Of a stretch of DNA of 64,000 nucleotides, positions 8,966 to 23,900 are shown piece by piece. The translations under genes and the position numbers were made by a program. Numbering within the stretch: position 1 is the stretch's first letter; each line of letters starts with the position of its first letter. Source of the stretch: an uncultured virus (IMG/VR IMGVR_UViG_3300021962_000002) (taxonomy: Duplodnaviria; Heunggongvirae; Uroviricota; Caudoviricetes); the IMG/VR virus record IMGVR_UViG_3300021962_000002, one strand, 5' to 3'. The notes beneath the pieces are model-generated. The model was not told the origin of the DNA and did no database searches. It was given only the letters and a program-made list of their open reading frames with translations.

Positions 8966-11900
8966 ATGACCGATCCATTCAACGAAAGCAAAAAAGGTTT
9001 TATCACTTTTGAGAAAAACAGCGAGTATTCCTATCTTAATCAACCAATTGCTAAACCAGTTGAGGCGACTAAAGTCGAAGAAAAAGAAGAAGAGAAGTTT
9101 ACTCCAGAAACCTATGGTGATTATGGCATCAAGATTCCTGATCCATTAAATCCATTTAAGATGTTTGATTCAAACGAGTGGGCAAACAATCCTGATTCGC
9201 GTGAAGAGGCAGCACTTAAAGTTACGGAGAATTACTACAATGAGCTTATGAAGCCAGAGGCTACTGTTCCTGCTATTGTTGATGGACAACTTAAGCAAGT
9301 GCAAGCATCTGAGGCTGGACGCTTAACAAAGGCTGGATTACACGCATACGACAACAGTTTGCAATTGATTGGAATGGCGCAACAAAGGGAGGATGGAGGA
9401 TTTCGTCTTAATCCAATGACAGGTAAAAAAGATTTTGCATTTGGAAGCAAAAACCTTACTCCATATGATCCAGAAAAAGACAAGGATAGTCAGAAACGTC
9501 AAGCTGATAAAAATGGATATGGAGCAAGTGATTATGAATTAAGCAATAAAGAAATTTTTGGTCGTGATCATGTATCTAGTGTTATTGATGCATACGCCCA
9601 AAAGAATGATTTAGATATTGAAGACTTAAAGCCAGAGAGTATTACACCAGAACGTTTTGTTCAGATTCGTGATTCACTGCGTGAAGGCGATCCTTCTGGT
9701 GGCGCTTTTGAGGTAACTAAAAAGATTAATGGAAGTAACGATGCTGTCCTTGATGATGAAGCACGTAAAGAGTATGCAGATGCGCTTGGTTACTATACAA
9801 AAGAAAAGCAACTTGGTGACAAGCTTGTTGATATGTATAATGGACAGCCTGTTATTAACTATGAAAAACTTACTGATCTTAATAAGTTTGAAGAAGCAGT
9901 TAATTCCTTGCAAATGCCAGCAGTTGACAAGGCTAGGTTTTTAACAACATTCAAACGTAACTTTGAACAAGATGCTGCAAGGATTCTTATGGAGCAACAA
10001 CTAGGCTCTAGTGCTCCAGAATTAGTATTTGCAGCAACTCCAGTAGGGGCAGCTGCAACATATGTTGGCTTAATGGATGGTGAAAACGAGATTCAAAAAT
10101 GGGCGCGTGAAGGAAATAAAACTGCTTATGAATTCCTTAAAGAGAATCCATTCTTCTCTCAAGATACTCCGTATGTTGTTTCCGCACTAAGACGTGTAGG
10201 GCTAAGAACTGTTAATTCATTTCAAAATACTGCCCTTGGTGCTAGCGCTCTTGGTCTTGGATTTGTTGGTGCAGTAGCTGAAAAAGTTGGAGCCGAAGGT
10301 GTATCAGATTTGGCAAGAGAAGCAGGAATGTCCATGATTGAAGCTGGCGCATATTCTGGTAATGTTCTTACCGCTGGAGCTAAATATGATGGTGGAATAA
10401 ATGAAGGATTTCTAGGTATTACCGATGAAGATCTTTACTCTGTTGTTGGTCAGGTTCTTGAAACTGTTGCAACTGGAGGAGCTTCATTGCTAGTCAAGGG
10501 TGCAATTAAAGGAGGGACAACTTCTCTAGCTAAAATGACATTAAAGGAGTCGCTTGAATTTGGAGCGGCTAAAGCCTCGCAATCAATAGCTAAAAGACAA
10601 ACAGCTGGATTTGCGACTAAAGCAGCAATCAAAGCTAAGGAAGCAGCTATATCATTGTGGACTAATTCTTCAAAAGTTAAACTAGCTGAAAATATCTTGG
10701 CAACATCATTGCAAGGATCATTTGGTTCAGCTGGACAAGCTTTGTCTTCTTCTTATGGAGAAGCTATTGATAAAGGAATGAGCAGAGAAGACGCTCTTGC
10801 TGAAGCTACTGGCAAAGCTACTGCTAATGGACTTGCTACGTTTGCAGCAATGTCGCTAATGAACATGGTTGCTCCAGGTGTTGAAAAGATTTTAATGTCA
10901 CCTGAGACTCTTGTTGGTGCTGGTCAAGCAATTAAGAATACATTGGCTAGCCGTGCAGCACGTAAAAGCATTTCAGCTGGCTTAACTGATGTCATTGGAG
11001 ATAAGGCTGTCAGAACAGCCCTTTCTAAAGGCGTAGCTGACGCTGTAAGAGGTCAGGTGTCGAAAGAAGGTATTGGTGGGTTTATTGGCGCTGTGGTTCT
11101 TAACGGGGCTGCTGAAGGCCTTGAAGAGATGATTGACACTGCTCTTGCAACTACACTTGACGCCTACATGAATAACTCCCCAGAAGCAAGGAAAGAATTC
11201 GAGTCTGGTGGATTGTGGCTTGACGTTATCAAGTCTGGTATTATGGGCGCAATGATGGGTAGTGGAGTGAATGCTGTATCGCTAACATCCAAAGATAAAA
11301 AGGAAATGGCAATAAAATCCAAAGATAGCATGAATGACTATCTTCAGAAAAAACTTCCAATGCTTTCTCCTAGTCTACAATCAAAAGTATTTGTTTCTCA
11401 AAAAGATAAGTCTCAACCGCAAATGGCGCAGACGATTCAACAGATATTGCAAACTGGTGATCTAAATCAAAAGGTAGAGGCTCTTGCCAATCTTGGCAAT
11501 ATTGCTGCCGTTAATGCATTTACTCCCCAGACAACAGTTACGCCAACAGGAGCTATTGTCCCTACTAGTAAATCTGGAGTTACTTCTACAGCAACCACTC
11601 CATCAACTACTTTACAAACAACAATAAATCCAACAGATCCAGGGTCTACGCCTACCGCCGACGAAACACCCCAGATGCCCGATTTTGGTAACATCGAGAA
11701 CGAATCCTTTTATGATGCAGTCGAATCTCTCGAACTGTCTGGTAGTGATGCGAATGGCGAGAACTGGCAGGCCCACGGTACAGATCAAGAATCTTCCGTG
11801 CTCTCCATCTTGAAAGATGGGCCAAAAACTTCCAACGGGTCTACCTTTTATACTGGCCCAATTACTGGGTCGTCTGTCGGTGGCGTAAACACAAAGATTA

Positions 11901-14900
11901 GTGCAAAGTATCTTATTGTCGGTAAAAAGGGAACCAAGATTAGAACCAAAGATGAGATCGCTGGTGTTGTGGTGAACCCACAACCGAGTGAGTCCAAAGC
12001 TGCGTATGAGCGGCGTCTTTCTGATATTCGCGCAAAACTTGAGCCGCTCGGTCATGCAGTTTTTACCCCACGCGATTACGCAAACTATGTTTCAACCAAT
12101 GAATCTTTACCCGCACCCGCTGCGCCCGCTCAAGCCCCCAAACTTGATCTTGCAAATCAGCCTTCACCTAATCTACCGCCAAAAGCAACTACCAACGCTC
12201 CTCCTGCACCATCTCGCAAGGACTATGCCAGCCGCGACGAATACAACCAAGCAGCGGATGAATGGTTCGACGCTTATGCAAAAACGCACAACGAAGATGG
12301 GTCTCCGATTCAACCTACGATATTAGACGAGACTGCAAAAAAAGCCCTCGCATTCTTGGGAGATAAAACCTACGACGATGCCATAGACGCGGTTGGCACG
12401 GGCATCGGGTCAGACCTAGGAGCTGGTTTAACCCTACTGATTAACGATGGATGGGTGTGGGACGACACTCAAAATAAGATGGTCGATCCTAAAGGGCGGG
12501 GAGAAACCCCTTTCGAAGCACGAATCAGAATACAAAATACTCAAGCCACACCCGCTGCGCCAACCAAAACCAGTAATCAACCAACTGTTACGCAAACATC
12601 ATTTAAGTTGTCTAATAAATCTGGTGTAACTGTTGAAGTCAAAACTCTAGTTGAAGATGAAAAAAAATTAGCTGGCTACGCCTATGAAGAAGCTCATGAC
12701 AAATCTATTTCGGGAGACAAAATTGAGCCAACTAAAACAGAGGATGTAACTTCAAAAGGAAAAACATACAAGATTACTACTTATTCTATTGATGGTAAAC
12801 CAGCTGACTTGCATAGCATTGAGGTAGATAATGATGGTAATCCAGTGATCGCTGATTATACTGGAGAAACTACAACAAAATTCTATAATAAAGCAGAACT
12901 CGTAAAACTACTTTCTTTAAGTAAATTTGCTCAATCTGTCATCAAGGATGACAATGATTTCAAATCTGAAGCAAAAGATGTTGCGCCAAAAGAAAAGGTT
13001 GAAATTCAAGCTAAAAAACCTGAAAAGAAACCAGATTTACAACCTGAAGAAAAACAAGAAAAGAAAAAAGAAGCGCCAAAATCAGAAGCTCCTAAACCTT
13101 TACCTGTTAAAAAAAGCGATGAAGTAACTGAATCTGAAATTGATGGTGAAGATAAATTACCAACAAGACATAAAGGGACTATTAAAAAGTTCATCAAGGT
13201 TCTCAATAAACTTGGAATCAAAGTTTATGTTCGTGAAAACAATACGGAATTAAATAAGTTTTTAACTGAAAATAATGCTCAGGCAGTTGAAGATAATGCT
13301 ATGGCGGCTACAATTATTAATGGCAAGCCAGCTATTGTAATTAATGCAGAGCAAGTAGGTAAGTTGCAAGACTTGCTCACTGGTATGAAGCACGAAGTAT
13401 TTCACACTATTGAAATAGCTTTTAGAGAAACACCAGAAGGTAAAAGACTTTATGATTTAATAAACAAAAAGAAACTCTTGCAAGACAAGAAACTTGTTGA
13501 GTTTATGCAGAGAGAATACTCAAGCAAGTTTGCAGAACTTGATGAGACAAATGCTTTCTATGAAGTAATGAGAGCATTTATCGCTGGTAAACTTCATGGA
13601 GAAACATTTACCTACAAGCCATTCTTGGAATACCTCAAAGCATTCATTAATCATGTAAGAAAATTAGTGAAGGGCGACAAAGAGCTTACTAATTATGTTG
13701 ATAAACTTTCACAGTATTACGAGAATGCAGTTAAAGATGCTGATAAAGAATTAGGATTAAGCGTTGCTTCTACTGGCGTCTTCAAAAACCTCATGTCTTC
13801 AATTGCAAATAAAGCTAAAGATTTGACTAAATCAAAAGCAAAAGAAGGTAAAGCAATTCAAGCAACAACTGCTAATGAAAGCGATATTGACGATCTTGTT
13901 AATGATTTGCTTATTGAAATTAATAATGCTTATGAAGACAATGCCAATCCTGATGACATATTTAACTATGTTGTAAAAACCATTGATAATAGATTGATTG
14001 GAACTGATGTAGGATTAGACTCTTATAGTAAAACTAAAGTTTTTGAAATGGTCTTAGGTGCTTTGAATACTGAAAGCTCTACACCTGAGTTGAAGGGTTT
14101 ATTTGAAAACAAAATTGCTGATCTTGGGAAAGAAAAGTCTCCCGTTATTGCACTTCCCGCAAGTCAGGTTGAAAACATGGAGCCAGTCAAAAAGAGGCTA
14201 GACCTTGCTGGATGGACTGGTATTAGACGCTTTGTTTCTGGAGTAAGAGAGGATGGATTAACTCGAAACCAGCCTGATGTCATGTCTCTTAATGATGACA
14301 CAAAACTTCCATTTACAAATGCATTTATTGAGTTTGCGATGGACCCTGTTACTCAAAAGTATCCTGATCATGATTTGAAGTTTGGTGATGCAATGGAAAG
14401 CATTAATGCTGCTGGTGTTGTTGATGGTTATTTGATTTATAGTCATAGCATTGAAACATTTAATCCAGAAACCAATACAGGTTATATTACTCATCGTTTC
14501 ATGAAGAGTCCTGCATTGAAGCCTAATGGAAAAATAAGTCCTTTCTTCTCTGTTAAACAATCTCAATATGCGCGTGAGTTTTACGACATGGTTACTGACA
14601 GCAACGTCATTGCAACTATGTTCACGCCAACTAATGAGGGAGTGATGATCACTTCACCAGAAGGCCTTATTAAGCTTGTATTTGAGTCTCTTACCTCAAA
14701 CAGAACTAAAGCAGAGAATGGCAAAACTCCAGAGGCATTCCTTAAACAAGGAGACAAGGATATTAAATTTGCTGATATATTTGAATTTGTAGCGAAAGAC
14801 AATAAAGATGGAACAAGCCCCTTCTACTACAAAGATGGGAAGATTGTGGTCAATACTGCAAAGCTTGCAAGAAACTTTAGCTTCATCAAGGAAGAGGCAT

Positions 14901-17900
14901 TAAGCACTAAAGAGCAAAAGACTAGCGTTGCGTTGATGGTTGCTTCTACTGTTCGCGCAGCTATTGAAGAGGAGATTCTTCACTTTGCAACCATTGGTGT
15001 TTTTGCTGGAGACAACAATCCCAAAACTGGCGTTAATAAACTAGTTGAGTTTTATGATGAACTAGAAAAACTTGGTTACTTCAATGACATGATTGATCAA
15101 ATCAGGGAGATGCAAGGCATTGATAATGCTGGTGCGTCTCTTACTAATGAAGAAAAGATTGTTATTGCTGCTGAGGTAATGTCATTCACTCATCAACGTG
15201 CAACTAATGGCGCTACATATGGAGATGAATATCAACGCCTTTATGATGGCATGTATGCCAGAGGTGAGCAAGGAGGCAATGCTCTTGCTACAGCGCGTCA
15301 ATATGGACAGACATTAAACAATATCCTTCAGGCTCGCGCAGCTACTTCTTTCATGTCTCCTAGGATGCAGGAAATGCTTGAGAAGCTGAACAAAGCCAAG
15401 GTTGAACTCGGCGTAAACCAGAGACTTAATAATTCTGATCAACTTGCAGCAAACTACCTTAGCGAGCAATATCAACTCAATAGAGGTAATATGCAGAAGT
15501 CTATTGATGAAGCGTTCATGAATGATTCTTTTGCGGTTGAGGAATTTCGTGCTGAACTCAAAGAGATTAACATACCTATTCGCCAAGTTATCAATATTGA
15601 CTTTGAAAAAGGAACAATAGACATCAATCCTGATTTTGCTGATTACTACAGAGAGAAATATGGAATTGATAAATATGATTCAATTCTGTCTTACTTTAGC
15701 CGACTAAATGAGCAGAGCGTAGCTAAAGACTTAGCCAAATCAGTTAAGTCTGCTCGTCAAGTAATGGATGCTATGCGTATGTCTCTTGACGTTAATAACG
15801 AACTAGACAATCTAGCTACGCAATTGGTTAATGGCAACTTCGATCAAGTTATTAATTATCTTGAGGGCTACAGTCAGCAAGAAGGAAAGATTGTATTTGA
15901 TAGCTTAATTCAGTTGGCACAGTCTTTTGAGTTTAACGACAGTATCAGCTTGGCTACTGAAAAAGATAAAGCAATGATCAAGAACTTTTATGACGCTGCT
16001 ACACGATCCGACATGGCATATGTTGGATACCAGCCTACAACTGGCCCTGCTATTTCTCCATGGCGAACAAATGCTATAGCTGCGGAAAATGCTAAAAGAA
16101 GGTTTCGTCACAAATCAGGCTTTATTGATCTTCTTGATCAATTAGTTCCTAGAGGAGGAGTTGATTATTACAGTGATTCAGATACAGATTACATCAACAA
16201 GGCAATTGCTCAATTGGTTCCTCAAGACATCATCATGCAAGGTCATGACGCTGTAATCAATGAGTTGTATAAGGTGTTTAAGAATGAAAACATTTTACCA
16301 AATATTAAAAACGCACGTAGTGCAAATATTAATAAGAAAAAACAAACTCAAGTTATCTCATTGCTTACGAACAAAAACACTAGTGTTGAGAACGGTGGCG
16401 TATTACCTTCTTATGCTCCATTTATTGCATCTGTAAATAGCTACAATGATCTAGTTGTAAACTTTGATGAAATCATCCTCAACAAAAACCTGACAAGGGT
16501 TAATGAGTTTGGTAGAGAATTTGTTTCTCTTGATAATTTGCTTCCAGAGTCAAGCAATGGTGAGCGCAGATTAGCGTTTGGTGTTGATTTTGAGCCGAAC
16601 ATTTTTGGTTACTCAAATGAGTATCCATCAAATGTAATAATTGATAGACTATATGTTGGTAATATGAGGAAAAAGGGTGAGAATGAGGATGTTATTGAGG
16701 CTACTGCTCAATGGCAACGTTCTTTCCTTGGTCGATATACAAGCAGTGATAGAGAGCGCTATCCTGAAAAACCAATGACTGTTGAGTCTAATGCTGCAAA
16801 AGCTGGAGAAGAAGACTACAATAGGTATATGATGGGGCGTATTGCAGGTGCTCCATTGCTTATTACGAAATTAGATGACAATGGTAATGAGTTCCTTAGT
16901 GATGTTTCATATGATGATTATTACAAAACAATGGGCTTTCAACCTGTTGTAAACAATGTCAGGATTTTTGATGGTTATGCAGATCCAGCTTTGTTGAATG
17001 AAAACCTCTTGAAGTTCTCAATTAGTGACAGGAGTATTGAATTGACTAAAAACTTTAGTGTCAAAATGCGCCAATTAAATAGTGACGCAGCAATTAAAAC
17101 ATTTGCTAGGGATGCAGGTAGTTTGGATATTGCAATCAATAAGATTACAGAAATGTTGTTTGATGGCAATGAAGCTGGAATCAGAATTGATGACTGGTTT
17201 AATATCATCTCAAGTTTGATTGGCTACAATAAAAAAACTGGTGAAGCAACTGTTGTTCGAAGCATTGACGGACGTGAAACATTTGCATCTAAGTTTGCTG
17301 ATCAAATGATTTTCAGAATGTTTGGCAAAGAAGACAATCGTTCTAAGAATCTACAAGAATACATAGAGCTTCTCAATAAGGCATATAAAGCATTAAGACC
17401 TGGGGAATTTAAGGATGCTGGTAAACTTAACGCAGAAGAAAAAAGAGTAATCATTGACGAGCTTCCTATTTTCTTGGAATTAGTTGATGCAGCTAATAGA
17501 GACATTGGATTAGGAAGAAAAGCCTATAGCCGATTTAGAAGTCGTTTCTTAACAGGAACAATCAATGCTGATATTAGACTAATTCAGGAACAGGGCGCTG
17601 AAGGTATTCGCGCAAATGAAGAACTGGTTAAATCTATTGCTGATAGTTATTATGACATTCAAGCAATGTTTGATGTTGAATGGCATTCAAACTATTTAAC
17701 TAATGGTGGCCCTATTGGTTATCAGGGACTTACGGCATTGCAGTTGATGGATGAGTTTGCTCGCATTCCTAGTTCTGCCACTAATGAGTTCTTTGTCAAA
17801 GGGAAAATGCCTACTAAGGTTGGATACCTTCTTGATTACTACAACAATATGCAAGAAGCATATGGTAGTGTCAGAAAGAAAGATGCTGATGGCAAGTCTG

Positions 17901-20900
17901 GATACGCGCTAGACAACTTGATATTTAATCCAATTGAGCGCCCTGCTGACAGTCCTAGCGAGCTTGATGAGGAATTCAATGCTGACATAGCCGCTAGACC
18001 TAGTGAGTTTACAGAGACGCTTAACGCGCTTCCACAAGGCTATGAGGGAACTACTGAACAACTAGACGCAAATCGTCGTAAAGACCTTGTTGAAGAACAA
18101 AAAAGATTGAAGTCTTGGGCAACTCACACTGCTCTTGCTATTTTCCAAAGCATTCCAAGCACAGCTAATTCTATCTTCAAAAGAGCGGTTACACCTGATA
18201 GAGCCAAGTTATTTTTCTACTTGTTTGCAAAAGCTCAAGACATGGGCGCAACTATTGAGGATAAACGCACAACTCAAGGCGCTCTTAATGCTTTAGTTGG
18301 TGAACAAATGACGCAACTTTCCAGTATTTACGGGACGTTAAAACAAGAAGTTAATCCATTCGCTGATATTGCTGGTAAAGTAATGACTTACAACCATCCT
18401 TATGAGTTTCTTATGGATGTTGCTGAGGTTATTGCTGGCAAGGAAAGGCAGTTTGTTGATGAACAGAGAGCATTGGCTGGAACACTTGCTAGTAGCATTG
18501 TGCCTCAATTAAGAAACAATGCTTCTAATGAACTACTAAACAATCAAAGATCATCTCAAGAAATACTTGATTCATTACAGGAGGATTTAGATAAAGGAGA
18601 ATTACGTCCAGGAACTCTTTTTAATGCTCGTATGTTCCAACTTGGTAATGCTAATTCAATGCTTGATAGTTCATTACTCATGAATGCTCCATTGTTCTCA
18701 ATGTTGTTACAAGCTATGCCCAATCTGGTTGTTTATCAGCCAGCGCAATACACGGGCAAAACATCCAATGTATCCAAGAATGTTGATATTGCATATCTTG
18801 ATAATGGTGATGCGGTTCTTTATATTGATAACGCAATGGGTCTTGGTTCTAGTCAGCAACAAGAAATCCTTGAAAAACTTCTTATTGAAAGAATTGGTCA
18901 AGAGAGAGCCAATGGCGCAAGTGGACTTGAAAGCGTAATTAATTTTACAGCGGAAAACATTCGCAAACAGATTCGTTACGCGTTTAACATTACTCCAGCA
19001 CGTATTGAATCAATGGTTGCTAAAGCAGAAAAAGCACTGCGCTCTATTAATGGCATGCCTCCTGAAGCAATTAAACCACTTATTGAGAAGTATCGCGCTT
19101 CTATTGAAGCAGAAGCTGCCGAGAAGATGTCACTGCTTACACGTCACCTGTCACCTAGTAGGTTTGCTGAAAACGCATACGGATTAAGTAGTATTGATGC
19201 AAAGGGGTTTTTACAAACTATACTTGCTCTTGATCAAGCCTCCGCTATGATCATGGGAGTTAAGACTATTGTTGGTAAACCCAATCTATTTGATAATTTG
19301 CGTCTAGTAACAGAAATGTTTACCAATCCAGAAGCTTATGACGTTCTTAGCAAGATCAAAGCTCCTGAAGCAGATTTGATTACAGATAAGGTTAATGAGC
19401 GATATGAAGCATTTATTGAATCAGCGCTTAATAGATTCCAAGCAAAAGAAGTTCAAAGCTCCATGGTTTTTGAAATTGCAATGGATCAAGGCAGATCTTC
19501 TTTAACTCAAATGGAAGATGATGTAACATCAATAAATGAAATGGATTTAACTGATTATGCTGATCCTTCTTATATTGCTACATTTCTTACTCAAGCATTT
19601 GAAGCAACCTTTAATGGAGAAAGCACAGATAGGTCTTATTCTGAAATTCAACAATTGGTTAAGAGAGTTAATGGCATTGATTCAACTTTAATCAGAAACA
19701 TGATTGATAAACTTCTGTTGCAAGAAGCTGCTAAAAACACCAGTCAAAGAATGGATTATAGAGATGTTGACACTGTAAGCAATATCCTAGCTGAAGCTGA
19801 CTACAAGCCAGACTTTATGTATCGCTATGTTGCATCAGAGTTGATTAATGCTTTGTCTCCAGCTTCTGATTACGCAGGAACAATTGAAGACTTAAATGAC
19901 TTACCTAGAGAGAATAGCGCTTACAATATTATTAAGAGTGGTGCATTTCCTCTTCTTGTTGATAATGTAGGTAATACTAAGTCGTCATCCTATGGTAATC
20001 TTACTAATTTCTACTATGGTAAATCACCATTAACTGAACTGTTTGAACGCAAGCGCAAGAATGAGTTTGTTAACTTGCTTGCATCTGAAACACCAAAAGC
20101 ACAAGAGGTTCTCCAAAATCAAATTAACAAACTTGGAAGAACTGATGCATCAAGTAAAACAATTGACTTGAATGTATTTGAATCTGATGACTTACTATTT
20201 AAGATAAGACAATCTATTGAGAAACTTGTAGGATCAGCAAACATTAACCAAGCTATTGCAAATATCGGTAGGCTTAAACAGAGAAATGAAGAACTTAACA
20301 ATGGAGCACTTGAAAGAATTAAGGACATTGATGAAGAAATCAAATCTTTACAAGAAAGCGGATTAGGCTTTGTCGAATTAATGATGTTCCAAAACGCTGG
20401 TAAGAAACTTACTGATGCTTCTGAAGTTATGGATCGCGTGGCTTCTGCTATTGCAGGTTTAGTTGCTGATAAACAAATGAAGCTTCAGAACCATTCTACT
20501 AGAATATCTAATTCACTACAAAGTAATTCAAGTGAGTACATTGATGATTACAATCAGTATGTAACCAATGTTTACAGTATTGATTCCGAAATCAAAAAGC
20601 TTATTGAGTCAAATCAAGAAACACCTCTTGATACGCAGTCATATCAATCCGCTATCAATAACCTGATTTCAAGTAGGGATAGTCTGGCTATTAAAGCAAA
20701 TAATGAAACATCTCTTATTGCTGATTCTATCGCGCAAGAAATTCTTTCAAATGTTGTAAATGGAGCATTTGGTTTGATTCCTCCAGTTGCTGAAATGACT
20801 GCTTTTATCAAGTCAAATTATATGGCTGGTATGCGTATTTGGGAAATTGGTAGTGTTGATGTAACTTCTCCAACTCCCCTTGGTGCGTATCTTAGCTCTA

Positions 20901-23900
20901 CCTTCTTTAGTAAGTCAGCTAAAACTCGCACAGCTAGAAATCTATTTAGCGCCAACACAATAAGTAGAATGCTTGATGGGTACATGGCGTCTTCCGACTT
21001 GAAGGATAGAATTGATTCTATTATGAGTTCCAACAACAAACTCTTTAGCCAACTAAAGAAAGACAAGAAACTTGATAAGGTTATTAAGAAAGCTGTTGCA
21101 GATAACAGTAATGTATTTGATCGAGACTTAATCAAGAAGAATGTAGCTTCCGCTATTTTGAATAGTGATGTTATTGTTGAGTCCTTGAATAATGAATTTA
21201 GTTTTGGTTTTGGTGATTTGATTGATAACCTTGATAACAAGGATGCTGATTCTGGCCTTATTGCAGAGTCTGAGGAATCCATTGGATTGCATAACTCAGC
21301 GCGTGTGATTAACCTATTGTTAGCTGAACGCAAACAACTTCAAAAAACAATCAATCAAAGACAAGATGAGGTATCGAATGACAAGCAGGTGTTCATGCAG
21401 TTGCGCAAGAAGGTTCGATTTGACGAAGAGGCAACTCTTCAACGTGTAGATAGAGTTGGGCCAAGCTTTAACATGCTCATTAATCTTGTCTATGATCCCA
21501 GTATTCTTGATGACACTACTGTAAATCAAGACAGAAAAGCTGAAGCGCAACTTCAAATGCAAATCATTCAGGAAGCTGCCAGACTTTTTATCGAGAGAGA
21601 AGGTGAGGCTATGTATAGAGCAATCAATGAAGACGTAGATGTCTTTGGTTTGGGCTTTGACTTAGATCAAAACATTCAACGTGTTATTTCAATTGCTGAT
21701 ATACGCAATAAAATGGAAAGAGTCGCAAAGGGCACCTATGCTGATTTTGCTGATGCAGCATTTGATGATGAGATGGATAGCGCCAACACAAAGGCTAAGC
21801 AAATGTTTGGGGTGACAGTAAGAGACATGATTACTCACAACCTATCTCCAGTTGTAGTTACTACTAAAGACAAAGTTGTCGATGGCGTTACATATCCTAT
21901 GGAACTGGTAAACATCAAAGTTATCAATAGAAACGCTAGGTTTGCAACGGAACGAGATCAACTGAGAAAACTAGCTCTGTTTATTGAGGATGAATACACA
22001 ACAAGCGTATACATGCCAACAACAACAAAACTTGAAAACCAACCAACCAAAACATACTTAACTTACAACCAAGACGCTCAATCTGAATTAAAAAGAATCA
22101 AAGAACAATCAGGCGCAAAATGGTCAGTTGATGAACAATTCAAAGGAATCATTTTCCGTGCTTCATTGAACCCAGGAGCAAATGGAAAGGGGGGACTCAA
22201 GACCCAAACGCATAAAGATATTGACGTTGATCTTAATAAACCAATCAATGACAAACTTGCTGCTGCGACAAAAGTAGATCCTAATACGACAGTTAAACAG
22301 TTTATCAAACTAGCTAAAAAGAATTTCAGTGGTTTCTTTATCCAGAATACTATTGGAGAGCCAATTAGTGACTTTGCTCAAGGCGTTGGAGTTATCGGAA
22401 CAATCAAGCCAGTAAATAAACTGAAGGATGAAGATATTGAAGATGTCTTTGCAGAGATTCACTCATTTGCCAGTAATGCAAATAACAAGCAGGTCTTGCA
22501 GACTTCTGGCATGGAATTTCTCACTAAGTCAAAAAATCAATACTCTAAAGATGAGCAAAAAGCTATTATTGAAAAAGCTTATGGAATTGTAATTAAAGAA
22601 AACTCTTTTCTTGATCCACAATCTAAGGCTAGTCACGCATTACTGCTTAACGAGGCGCAACTTACGGATGTCATTAACATGATCAACAGTGAGGACATGG
22701 TTGGCAAATACGACAAATTCAAAACATATGTTGATGAGGCTGTTGATTCAATTGAAAAGCTCTTCAGCATCAATGAAAGTATTGCTAAATCAACTGCTGT
22801 AGCGCCATATAATCTATCTAGAGCTATCCTAGACCTTGACCTTAGCCATAACTACTCAAGACTCTTCTCTGTCTTATATGCGTCAAATACGATGTATAGA
22901 CTTGTAGCTGGTGCTATCAATCCTGAGGTTTCCGACAATATGCTTTCAAACCTTACGGTTCATGAAAATGCATTAATGCGCCGTAAATTCTCTGGTGGTA
23001 TTGGTTCATACAATGAAGCATTGAACTTAGTGGGAGTAATTGACCACGGGCTGAATGGATCATCTGGGAGAAACCGATTTAACGCAGAGTATCAAAGCTT
23101 TCAAAACAAGATGGGTGTTGCGTCTAAAGACCTTAACAATGATTATCTCAATGGAGCAAGAGCAATGCTTATTGCGTCTCTTAAAGGTATCAAGATTGCA
23201 AACAAAAAAGATGGTGGGAGTGAACGTGATTATATCCGCAAGGTTAATCAATGGGCTTACATGTTCAAAGCTGGATATAAAGACTACAAGAAGATTGATG
23301 AAAACAAGGCCAAATTCAATCAAAACGCAAACAAGTTATCCAGAATTACTTCTAAATTGAAACCAATTGGAAGAAAGCAAAGTAAAGAAGGCGCAGCAAC
23401 TGAAGAACTTTACTCATTGCTTGAAAGAAACATTAACAGCTTAGCAAGTATCATTAATTTAGGAACACTTAAAGAAAGCGATATGGATGCCGCTATTGCT
23501 GCAATGATTTCAAAACTAGAAACTGGTTTGAGTCAGGAGCAAGTAAGCGCAGTCAATAAGTATTCAGATGCTTTGCTTGAAGAGTTCGGTGATATTTACG
23601 ATGCTCATAGAATAGCAAACACATTTGCAAGCAGAGACAATCGAGTAATCATCAGTGAAGATAAATTGAAATCAGTAACAAAAGTATCTGATGCACTTGG
23701 TCGTCCTTACTCTATCTTGCCACTAAAAACTGGTTTTGTGCGCAATCCACTGAATACGGCCGATAACGAATTTGATGAAAGCTCCTTATCTATTAACGAG
23801 TTCATTGGGTTTGATCGTTCTAGCTTAAACTATAAAGGAAAACGTTCTTTAACTGTTCAAGAAAATGTTGGTGATCCGCTACGCCCAATTGACCTGAATC

